DNA of 27,460 bases, taken from IMG/VR virus record IMGVR_UViG_3300028767_000080, positions 1 to 27,460 of that record. One strand, given 5' to 3'. This document shows, piece after piece, positions 1-7,596 of this stretch. A program made the position numbers and the translations under genes. Source of the DNA: a virus (lineage: Duplodnaviria; Caudoviricetes). Under the pieces are notes generated by a model. It worked only from the letters and a program-made list of their open reading frames with translations. It was not told where the DNA came from and did no database searches. Each line of letters begins with the position of its first letter. Positions within the stretch are counted from its first letter, which is position 1.

Positions 1-29
1 CCATTAAACACTTTTAAAACAAATGATTT

Positions 30-617
30 ATGGAAAATAGTATGAGAACCATTGAACGTTGGCAAAAGTTTGTAATGCCTATGAAATTGAAAAATCTATC
101 AGAAAGGATTCAACAAGATTTACAAACAATACCTTTCCCGGAGGATATTGCAAAAATAAAAGAAATCAAAAGCACCTTCATTTATGGAAAGTCAGAATAT
201 GGAAAAACAATTACCTCTATATTTATGCTTTTACAAGAAGAAAAAAACCTATATTTAAATTTGAACGTTGATAAAAAAGATTGTTTATTTCTTTCAGTTC
301 CTATCTTATTTCATGAACTCAAAAAAACTTTCAAAAAAGATTATGAAGGTATGGATGAATGTGCAATAATTGATAAATATAAAGATTGTCATTTTTTAGT
401 GCTGGATGATATCGGGGTAAAAAAACCTTCTGATTGGATGCTTGATATTTTATATTTGATTATAAATTCACGTTATGAAGATATGAAAACAACCATAATA
501 ACTTCCAACCTAACTTTGACAGAACTTTCAAATCAGTTTGAGGATGATAGAATCACAAGCCGTATCCAGCGGATGTGTAAAGTGGTGGAGAAAAAGAATT
601 GGAAAACTGGTAATTGA
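30..617 (+). CDS. DnaC/IstB-like AAA+ ATPase, probable helicase loader
   Basis: Walker A-like GKSEYGKT, Walker B LVLDDIG, IITSN sensor and DRITSRI; stop overlaps the helicase start (TGATG). Confidence 0.85.
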   Translation: MENSMRTIERWQKFVMPMKLKNLSERIQQDLQTIPFPEDIAKIKEIKSTFIYGKSEYGKTITSIFMLLQEEKNLYLNLNVDKKDCLFLSVPILFHELKKTFKKDYEGMDECAIIDKYKDCHFLVLDDIGVKKPSDWMLDILYLIINSRYEDMKTTIITSNLTLTELSNQFEDDRITSRIQRMCKVVEKKNWKTGN

Positions 618-2176
618 TGGAACGTAAAATCATTATTGGGCTGATAACCTCTTCAGAATACCTGAGAAGGATCAAGCCTGTTTGGGATAGTTCCCTGATT
701 GAAAGTGCGGCAGCTAAACGTATGGCAGCATGGTGCTGGTCTTATTTTGACCGATATGGAAAAGCTCCGGGAAAGAACATTGAAGGCATATTGTTTGATA
801 AACTTAAAAATGGATTGGATGAGGATACCGCTGAAGAAATTGAAACCACGATATTGCCCGGGCTAAGTGAACAATTCATAAACTCCAATGATGATATTTC
901 TTATCTACTTCAAATCACCGTTGATCATTTAAATAAACGAAAGCTACAACTACAAAGTGAAACTGTTCAGGTATTATTGGACAAAGGTAGAGATGATGAA
1001 GCTATCCAATTATCCAAGAATTATAAACAACTATCATTAGAGGAGGAAAGAAAACCTGATCTGGATTTAGCCACTCATGAGGCTTTAATACGGTTGGAAA
1101 AAGCTTTTGAGGATTCTGCTGAGCCTGTTGTAAGGTTTCCAAAACAACTGGGAGCTTTCTGGAATGATCAGATGGTAAGGGGAGCTTTCGTGGCTTTCCT
1201 TGCACCCTCCAAGAGGGGTAAAACTTTTCTATTATTGGAATTTGCTATGAGGGCTGTGAGGCAGGGAAAGAAAGTTGCCATGTTTCAAGCCGGGGACATG
1301 ACAGAAGCCCAACAAATGAAACGTATAGCCATACACCTTACCAAGAAATCAGATAAAGCCAAATACTGTGGTAGAATGTGGGAACCTGTCCGGGATTGTG
1401 TTAAGCATCAAACCGGAACTTGTGACAAGGATATCCGTGAATGTGCTTATGGGGTGTTTGAGGGATGGACTGAAAAAGCTGTCCGGGAGGATATCACCCA
1501 ACAGGAATTGATTGAAGCCTATGAAGCCAATAAAGATTATACCCCATGTACCAATTGCTTGGAATACGCAGAAAGCCCGTGGGGCACTCCTTGGATAAAA
1601 TTTGTGGATGTAGGAGAAGAACCTCTTGGAGTTCATGAAGCAAAAAGGGTCTGGCGCAAATTCTTTATGCGACATCGCAAAGACTTCCGGTTGGCCTCTT
1701 ATGCCAATGGAACGCTGACGATAAAGGAAATGGACAGGGTGCTGGATGAATGGGATAAAGACGGTTTCAACCCTGATGAAATATTAGTGGATTATGCTGA
1801 GTTGCTTGAAGATGATAATAAAGACTACAGGCATAAACAAAACAATATTTGGAGGGGATTGAGAAAAATGAGTCAGCAAAGGGATTGTTTGTTGATCAGC
1901 CCCACTCAATCTGATGCCGATGGCTATGAACGGAATACATTAAGCCTGAAAAACTTCTCTGAAGATAAACGCAAGTATGATCATGTAACAGGGTTCTATG
2001 CCTTGAATCAGGATACCAAAGGAAGGGAAAAGAAAATAGGCTTGATGAGGATCAATGAATTGATGTTAAGGGAAGGGGAATGGGATACCAACCGTTGCAT
2101 AACGATTTTACAGAACCTGAGGAGGGGCAGACCATTCTTGGGAAGTTATTGGAGCTATACGAAAAACAATGAATAA
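617..2176 (+). CDS. dnaB: DnaB-like (SF4) replicative helicase with a Cys-rich insertion
   Basis: Walker A APSKRGKT, Walker B ILVDYAE, LLISPTQ and FSEDKRK motifs; ATG at 617 overlaps the upstream stop and is preferred over TTG 614. Confidence 0.85.
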   Translation: MERKIIIGLITSSEYLRRIKPVWDSSLIESAAAKRMAAWCWSYFDRYGKAPGKNIEGILFDKLKNGLDEDTAEEIETTILPGLSEQFINSNDDISYLLQITVDHLNKRKLQLQSETVQVLLDKGRDDEAIQLSKNYKQLSLEEERKPDLDLATHEALIRLEKAFEDSAEPVVRFPKQLGAFWNDQMVRGAFVAFLAPSKRGKTFLLLEFAMRAVRQGKKVAMFQAGDMTEAQQMKRIAIHLTKKSDKAKYCGRMWEPVRDCVKHQTGTCDKDIRECAYGVFEGWTEKAVREDITQQELIEAYEANKDYTPCTNCLEYAESPWGTPWIKFVDVGEEPLGVHEAKRVWRKFFMRHRKDFRLASYANGTLTIKEMDRVLDEWDKDGFNPDEILVDYAELLEDDNKDYRHKQNNIWRGLRKMSQQRDCLLISPTQSDADGYERNTLSLKNFSEDKRKYDHVTGFYALNQDTKGREKKIGLMRINELMLREGEWDTNRCITILQNLRRGRPFLGSYWSYTKNNE

Positions 2177-2555
2177 GAACACCAGAATAAAAGTTTGGAA
2201 TAAATACCATCAACGTTGTGCGTATTGTGGAAAGCCTTTGGCCTATAAAGATATGCAGGTTGATCATTTTATTCCTAAACGATTGGAATGGTGGTGTATA
2301 AATCCGGGGAGAAAGGAAAAGTACAATCTACCGGAAACGTTGGATCATATCAGCAATTTAAAGCCCTCCTGTGGAAGCTGTAATCATTATAAACGGGCTG
2401 AACTTCCTGAATCCTTCCGACATACAATGAAGACTATCCATAAAAGGATCAAAAAAATTTATATTGTTAAAGTGGCTGAAGATTATGGACTTATCCAAAT
2501 AAAGGAATGGGATGGGGTGTTTTATTTTGAAAAATGCTTGAAAAGAACCAAATAA
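2169..2555 (+). CDS. HNH endonuclease
   Basis: CAYCG...MQVDHFIPK...NLKPSCGSCNHYK: Zn-binding CxxC pairs plus HNH. Confidence 0.9.
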   Translation: MNKNTRIKVWNKYHQRCAYCGKPLAYKDMQVDHFIPKRLEWWCINPGRKEKYNLPETLDHISNLKPSCGSCNHYKRAELPESFRHTMKTIHKRIKKIYIVKVAEDYGLIQIKEWDGVFYFEKCLKRTK

Positions 2556-2577
2556 TTGAAAAAGTTTTTGTATAATA
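2556..2577 (+). promoter_or_regulatory. Putative phage promoter TTGTATAATA (copy 1)
   Basis: ttgaaaaagtttttgtataata, nearly identical to 26557-26577; core TTGTATAATA also at 18489-18498. Confidence 0.6.
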
Positions 2578-2580
2578 GAT

Positions 2581-2760
2581 AAAACTTAATTTTGATATTC
2601 AATAAACGATGGTTGTAAAAACTGGTAGGAATTGAAGGAGCAAAAACACAAAATTAAGTTTTCAAAAAATATTTAAGATGTTGAAAGAGGATTAATAAAA
2701 ATCTCAGTGGTTGCAAAACCTAATAGTATAATGCCAGTACACTTTCTAATTTTGAAAATA
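2581..2760 (+). ncRNA. Candidate structured RNA or 5' leader
   Basis: Perfect 14-bp inverted repeat 2581-2594/2649-2662, nested ttcaat/attgaa, GGTT-GCAA-AACC tetraloop hairpin 2709-2720, ttttcaaaa/ttttgaaaa 2659-2667/2750-2758; no long ORF. Confidence 0.35.
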
Positions 2761-2774
2761 ATTAAATCAATAAT

Positions 2775-2966
2775 ATGTTACATTATCCTTTGACCGCTGA
2801 TGTTCATGTGATCAAAGACGTGTTTGAATTTTTACTTCCAATCACTGTTCCGGGGCTATTGGTTCCCCGTTTAATGAAAGGAAGGTTATTCACTTTGGTC
2901 TTGATAGCAATGAACTTTAAATTATACCGCTTTAGGGACATACAATTTAAGCCCCTAGATGCCTGA
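2775..2966 (+). CDS. Small hypothetical protein
   Basis: 63-aa ORF with an AT-rich leader; no recognisable motif. Confidence 0.35.
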   Translation: MLHYPLTADVHVIKDVFEFLLPITVPGLLVPRLMKGRLFTLVLIAMNFKLYRFRDIQFKPLDA

Positions 2967-2990
2967 AATGTTTTGTTCTTCTGGGGGCTT
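2949..2990. terminator. Hairpin, possible terminator
   Basis: AAGCCCCTAGA/TCTGGGGGCTT 11-bp stem (one G-U pair) just upstream of the host-type promoter; no clear U tract. Confidence 0.45.
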
Positions 2991-3044
2991 TAAAAAAAGA
3001 TTAAAAAAATTAAAAATATTTTCAACATAATAGTAGGATATCAA

Positions 3045-3076
3045 AAAACATTTCCTATCTTTGTAGTGTTGTTAAA
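3045..3076 (+). promoter_or_regulatory. Bacteroidota-type promoter (-7 box TATCTTTG), repeat copy 1
   Basis: 32-nt aaaacatttcctatctttgtagtgttgttaaa is identical to 23497-23528 and contains TAnnTTTG at 3056-3063. Confidence 0.75.
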
Positions 3077-3094
3077 CTTATAAACACTACTACA

Positions 3095-3343
3095 ATGAAA
3101 ACTTTTACATGTATTTCCGACAATTCAAATTGGATGCGCTCTCATGAAAGTTCTTATTTGAATATTACAAGACTTTCAGGAAAATGTATTTCAATCAGTA
3201 AAACAAAAATGAGTTTATTTTCAAAAGAAGAAAGGGATTTAATATGGAAATGTATTGATGATGAAATGATACGAAATACCTCTTTGAAAATTGAATTAAC
3301 CATAGATGAAATGCAAAAATTACTTGAACTTTCAAAACGATAA
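3095..3343 (+). CDS. Hypothetical (putative early) protein
   Basis: 82 aa; follows the promoter and an AAACACTAC leader. Confidence 0.65.
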   Translation: MKTFTCISDNSNWMRSHESSYLNITRLSGKCISISKTKMSLFSKEERDLIWKCIDDEMIRNTSLKIELTIDEMQKLLELSKR

Positions 3344-3365
3344 TCTATCAATAAAACACTACAAA

Positions 3366-3560
3366 ATGAAAACAAAATTTAAATTGCTTGAAATTAGCGT
3401 TCAGGATGCCTTAAAAGCTTACCGTGTAATTGAAGATAATCCCAACCTAAAAGTAGAATGGACATCAACTAATACTATTCTCATAAAAGGTAAAAGTATG
3501 ACAGAGGAAGTTCATTCTGTTCTTATTGAAAATAATATCGAATTTGAACAAATATCATAA
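3366..3560 (+). CDS. Hypothetical (putative early) protein
   Basis: Start re-assigned to ATG 3366 (MKTKFKLL), which follows the shared aaacactac leader. Confidence 0.7.
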   Translation: MKTKFKLLEISVQDALKAYRVIEDNPNLKVEWTSTNTILIKGKSMTEEVHSVLIENNIEFEQIS

Positions 3561-3575
3561 AACACTATACAAATC

Positions 3576-3896
3576 ATGGAAAAATTAATACCAGTCAAAG
3601 TATCCGATGAACTCAACGTGGAGTTCCTTAAAAACAGTAACGGGAAACCAACCTGCCGCATCAATGGCAAAATAGCCTTTATAGATCGTACATACACCCA
3701 TTTTGTTGCCCCAGGCAGCTCTTGGATGGTTCGTATAGTAACGATCAACCCCCGCTTCATTTTCGTGTATCCGATCATTGAAACCCATACTGCAAAAGAA
3801 AATATTGAAAATTTTAGAACCCGGCTTGCTGAAATGAAATCCGTTAAAGGAGCCACAAAAGGCAACAAGCAGTTCAAAACTAAAATGCTGTTATGA
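3576..3896 (+). CDS. Hypothetical protein, possible TRAM-like beta-barrel
   Basis: GKPTCRINGKIAFID...PGSSWMVRIV resembles the TRAM pattern; aacactatac leader. Confidence 0.6.
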   Translation: MEKLIPVKVSDELNVEFLKNSNGKPTCRINGKIAFIDRTYTHFVAPGSSWMVRIVTINPRFIFVYPIIETHTAKENIENFRTRLAEMKSVKGATKGNKQFKTKMLL

Positions 3897-3924
3897 TTTT
3901 TAGTAGTGTTTAGTCATAACAGAC

Positions 3925-3966
3925 ACCCGGAAACAGGAGCTTCTCAGGCTTGGCTGTCCGGGTTTT
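3925..3966 (+). terminator. GC-rich hairpin with short U tract (terminator or small-RNA 3' end)
   Basis: ACCCGGA (3925-3931) pairs with TCCGGGT (3957-3963), with inner CAG/CTG and AGCT/GGCT pairs, running into a T tract. Confidence 0.55.
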
Positions 3967-4038
3967 GCCGGTGAAAAGAAGTTGATAAAACAACAATAAT
4001 TATTATTCATTTATTCAAAAATTTAAAAATTCATTATC

Positions 4039-4803
4039 ATGGCTAAAAAAGCAAGTGCCCAGAAAGTAGTAAAAACAGCTTATCAGAAAGCTGCTGAAGA
4101 ATTGAACGAAGTTCTTGGATTGACTGATCCCAGTATTGATACCACATTGAGTGACGAAGAGTTGAAACCGTTGTTGGTGGAAGCTATCACCCTGATTGCT
4201 GATGGTGACGAAATCAGTGAAGAAACTCAGGAAGTTGTTGATGAACTGTCCGCTGAAGCCCCGGCTGAAGAAGAGGAGGAAGAAGATGGTGCAGATTTGG
4301 CTGATGAAATCACTGCCTGTAAAAAGGTATCTGAACTTCAGGTTATCATCAAAGCAAACGATGCTTTCAAAAAAGCTGCAAAGAAACTGAACGCAATGAC
4401 AAAAGTTTCTGAATTGAAAGCTACCATGTTGGCTATCGTTGCCCCTGAGGAAGAAGAGGAAGAACAAGCCCCTGCAAAAACTCCTGAAAAACCAAAACCA
4501 GCACCTAAAGCCAATGCAAAGAAAGATGCCAAGCCAGAAGGGGAAAAGAAAGCCAAAGGATTTCCAGCACGTGAAGGCAAATCAAGAATTGTTTGTATTT
4601 GTGATGCTGTAAAAACAATCGGTGCAAAAGGGATGACAATAAAAGCTGTTGCTGAAGCATCCAACAAATTGTACATCAAAGAAGGTGGTGCTGGAAAGGA
4701 TAACGTAAAACAATCACTACATACCTTCAAAGTGATTATGCCAGTACTGGTTGAATTCAACCTGATTAAAGTTGATGGTGAGAACGTTTTTATGGCCAAG
4801 TAA
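4039..4803 (+). CDS. Acidic, low-complexity protein with an SSB-shared helical module and possible C-terminal winged helix
   Basis: Poly-Glu tracts, LADEITACKKVSEL...PEEEEEE module also present twice in 20571-22037, Lys/Pro linker; stop overlaps the radical SAM start (TAATG). Confidence 0.8.
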   Translation: MAKKASAQKVVKTAYQKAAEELNEVLGLTDPSIDTTLSDEELKPLLVEAITLIADGDEISEETQEVVDELSAEAPAEEEEEEDGADLADEITACKKVSELQVIIKANDAFKKAAKKLNAMTKVSELKATMLAIVAPEEEEEEQAPAKTPEKPKPAPKANAKKDAKPEGEKKAKGFPAREGKSRIVCICDAVKTIGAKGMTIKAVAEASNKLYIKEGGAGKDNVKQSLHTFKVIMPVLVEFNLIKVDGENVFMAK

Positions 4804-5855
4804 TGGGGGAATACAAAAATCCAATAAAGATAAGGGGCACGCATATGACGTGCCCTTTGCCTTTAACATTAGAATCTTACTGGACATGTGAGGCAGATTG
4901 CCTTCATTGTATGGGTAGGAGGTTGAATCAGATATGGGGGAATGAACAAAAATTTACAAACCCTGACAATGTTCATAGAATCCTTACCAATGCATTAAAG
5001 AAAGAAAATACAACACCAACAGCCAAAGCTTTATTTAAAAAGAAAGCTTTTTTTATTGGTAGGAAGGCAGATTCATATCAGCCTATTGAAAAGGAAAAGC
5101 ATATAACACACCAATTGGTTGAGATTTTAAATGAACTTGATTGGCCTTATGTGATCTGTTCTAAATATCAGGAAAACATGGTTGTGGATACTCCCCTGTT
5201 TTTGAATAATAAGAATGCAAATATTTTAGTTGAGATTACAGCAGGAGGAGAATCTGACAGGGAATTGTTTGAATTCAATAGAACAACACCGGTTGAAGAT
5301 AGGTTAAGAATTGCAAGAAAATGGAAACATAGTGGTATGAATGTGGGTGTCCGTGGTGAGCCTTTTATACCCGGTTATCATACCACAGAACAATTTCGGG
5401 ACACCTTAAAGCTGATTAAAAGCTATGGTTTGTTGTCCTACAATATATACAACCTGCACATCAATGAATACACCATGAAACGTATGCATGCTGCAGGTTT
5501 TGATATTGAACGGATATGGGAAATGAATCAGGATGATAGGTGGAAACCTATCCAGAAAAGACTTTGTATGATAGCTGAACAGGAAGGTATAGAGCTTGGC
5601 TGTCCAGATTTCGTAAATGTCCCAAAATGCCACACAAGTACCACAAATACATGTTGTGGTATATCCGTTCCGAATGCCTTTACTTTTAACACACATGCTT
5701 GGCGCAATGAGCTTATAAAAGGGGAAGCCCCGGAAGATGTTTTGAAAAATACTTGGGAGGGGGTAGGAACTGATATAGATTTTAAAATGGCTGAAACAAT
5801 AGTCTATAAAAAAGAGTCAAAAGATTTTTACACCTTTAAAAATGCAGATATATGA
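4803..5855 (+). CDS. Radical SAM protein (SPL/SplB-like), paralog 1
   Basis: CEADCLHC (CxxxCxxC) at 4887-4910, DSYQPIE, VRGEPFIPG and C-terminal TCCG. Confidence 0.85.
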   Translation: MGEYKNPIKIRGTHMTCPLPLTLESYWTCEADCLHCMGRRLNQIWGNEQKFTNPDNVHRILTNALKKENTTPTAKALFKKKAFFIGRKADSYQPIEKEKHITHQLVEILNELDWPYVICSKYQENMVVDTPLFLNNKNANILVEITAGGESDRELFEFNRTTPVEDRLRIARKWKHSGMNVGVRGEPFIPGYHTTEQFRDTLKLIKSYGLLSYNIYNLHINEYTMKRMHAAGFDIERIWEMNQDDRWKPIQKRLCMIAEQEGIELGCPDFVNVPKCHTSTTNTCCGISVPNAFTFNTHAWRNELIKGEAPEDVLKNTWEGVGTDIDFKMAETIVYKKESKDFYTFKNADI

Positions 5856-6568
5856 TTTACACAATAGGAACCACAGAACTGCATACCACCAGTGAAGAAG
5901 AAAGTGTTGATAAAGGTTCACCAAATCAGGTTGTAGGCTGGAGGGATATGGTGGAAACTTGTTACACATTATTTGCTGTATGTCAAAATATTACTTTTAA
6001 AAAACCCCCATTTATAGTTGATGGTATTTCAAGAGCAGGATGGTGGGGAGCTTGTTTCAGAAATATTTGGCCTGATTGTAAAATCCATTTGAATGAAGCC
6101 GAAAAACATTGTCTGGATACACTCAAAAGAAACTTCCCAAAGGACAAAATAACAAGCAATAGCATTAAGGAGTGGTCACCACCAACGTGTGATTTAGCTA
6201 TGATTGATTTTGACTTTTTTACTTTAAAGAAAGCCGAAAAAGAATGGGTGGATGTGTTACAAAGATGGGCTGCTGCTGCAAAGTATTTAATAATAGTTGA
6301 TGGTGCCTGTTTTGGCTTTAAGTTTGGAAATCTTAAAAGTTACAACTGCAGTAATGAAATTGAATATTATGATTTGCTTAACGAATTTATCAAACACAAT
6401 ATCCCCGGAAAAAGAATCACCCAAATAAGCAAATTTACCAATGCTGCCACTGTTGTTATTGAAGATGTGACCAAAGAAAACAAAAAAGATAAAATCAAGC
6501 ATATTCCCGCTTTTAGAAACATCCAAATAACAAAGAACAAATTCAAACAACCAAAACCTTTATTTTAA
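5852..6568 (+). CDS. Putative class I SAM-dependent methyltransferase-fold protein
   Basis: IVDGISRAGWWG (motif I-like), IHLNEAEKHCLDTLKRNF (motif II-like), CDLAMIDF; ends QPKPLF. Confidence 0.55.
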   Translation: MIYTIGTTELHTTSEEESVDKGSPNQVVGWRDMVETCYTLFAVCQNITFKKPPFIVDGISRAGWWGACFRNIWPDCKIHLNEAEKHCLDTLKRNFPKDKITSNSIKEWSPPTCDLAMIDFDFFTLKKAEKEWVDVLQRWAAAAKYLIIVDGACFGFKFGNLKSYNCSNEIEYYDLLNEFIKHNIPGKRITQISKFTNAATVVIEDVTKENKKDKIKHIPAFRNIQITKNKFKQPKPLF

Positions 6569-7584
6569 TGAATATAAATCCTGAGTGGGAAGAGGTACTT
6601 GATCAACTGAATTTTTTAGAGCTTGGTGGTGATTTAGGTTCAGTTGATCAAATATGTATTGATACTTTACATGGATCCATGTTCGGTTTGAATTATCGTT
6701 ATACAACACTTGAAGAGGTATTTAAAACACATAAACAGGATTTGTTAAAATACTCTATTCAAAGAATAAAAGAACTTACAAAAGAAAACAATTTTCAATT
6801 CAAAAAAAGAGCCATATCACGCTGTCAGGTTGGATTTGGTACATTTGGGTGGAAGTATGACAGTAAGTTAATTGAAACAGCTATAACATGTGGTGTTTCC
6901 CTTATAGATACTGCTGAGGGATATGGATATGGAAAGGTGGAAACTATATTGGGGGGTATTTTATCCGGGCAAGAAAATCCACCATCAATTTATACCAAAG
7001 TCAGAAGGGATCATATGAGCCCAAAAGCTTTACCTGAGGCTGTAAAAAGAAGTGTGCAAAAACTTCATGCAATCCCATTTGAACAGCTTCATTTCCCACA
7101 TGACAAGTTTAGTGACTCAGCTATAAAAATATTGTCAAATTTACAATGCTTAGGTAAAATAAAAGGGCTTGGCCTTGGTAACTGTTCAATTGATATGATT
7201 GAACAATCCCAAAGGATTTTAACTGAATATAATGGAACACCATTAACATCAATTCAGATTTCCTTTAGTTTATTAAATCAAAGAGCTACAAACACTATAA
7301 TTCCATATTGTCAAGAACGTGGGATATTAATTTTAGCATACAGCCCATTGGGGCAGGATTTTAAAAAGCTTCAGACACCATTTTTGAAAAAGATAGCTAA
7401 AAAATATTCAGCAACAGAATCCCAAATTGCACTCAGCTGGATATTATCTTTCCACGGGGTGGTTCCTATTCCGGCAACAAATAATATTGAACATTTAAAG
7501 CAAAATATTAAAAGTAATGATTTAAAGTTAGATGCTGATGATGTACTGAAACTTTCTAATTATTATAAAAATTTGTATATATAA
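6568..7584 (+). CDS. Aldo/keto reductase with an ~80-aa N-terminal extension
   Basis: VGFGT, IDTAEGYG, IYTKV, QLHFP (Asp/Tyr/Lys/His tetrad), AYSPLG, QIALSW, PIPAT...HLKQN. Confidence 0.92.
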   Translation: MNINPEWEEVLDQLNFLELGGDLGSVDQICIDTLHGSMFGLNYRYTTLEEVFKTHKQDLLKYSIQRIKELTKENNFQFKKRAISRCQVGFGTFGWKYDSKLIETAITCGVSLIDTAEGYGYGKVETILGGILSGQENPPSIYTKVRRDHMSPKALPEAVKRSVQKLHAIPFEQLHFPHDKFSDSAIKILSNLQCLGKIKGLGLGNCSIDMIEQSQRILTEYNGTPLTSIQISFSLLNQRATNTIIPYCQERGILILAYSPLGQDFKKLQTPFLKKIAKKYSATESQIALSWILSFHGVVPIPATNNIEHLKQNIKSNDLKLDADDVLKLSNYYKNLYI

Positions 7585-7596
7585 ACTTTTAGGATT

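Noticed and set aside
2581-2760. Known riboswitch (c-di-GMP GEMM) or tRNA
   Set aside because: GYAAA-like loops are present but the surrounding consensus is not; no cloverleaf or T-loop.
4015-4844. Minus-strand ORFs (4015-4467, 4338-4844; likewise 21282-21922, 25991-26707 and others)
   Set aside because: Shadows of Glu/Lys-rich + strand genes (poly-Ser/Phe translations) with no motifs.
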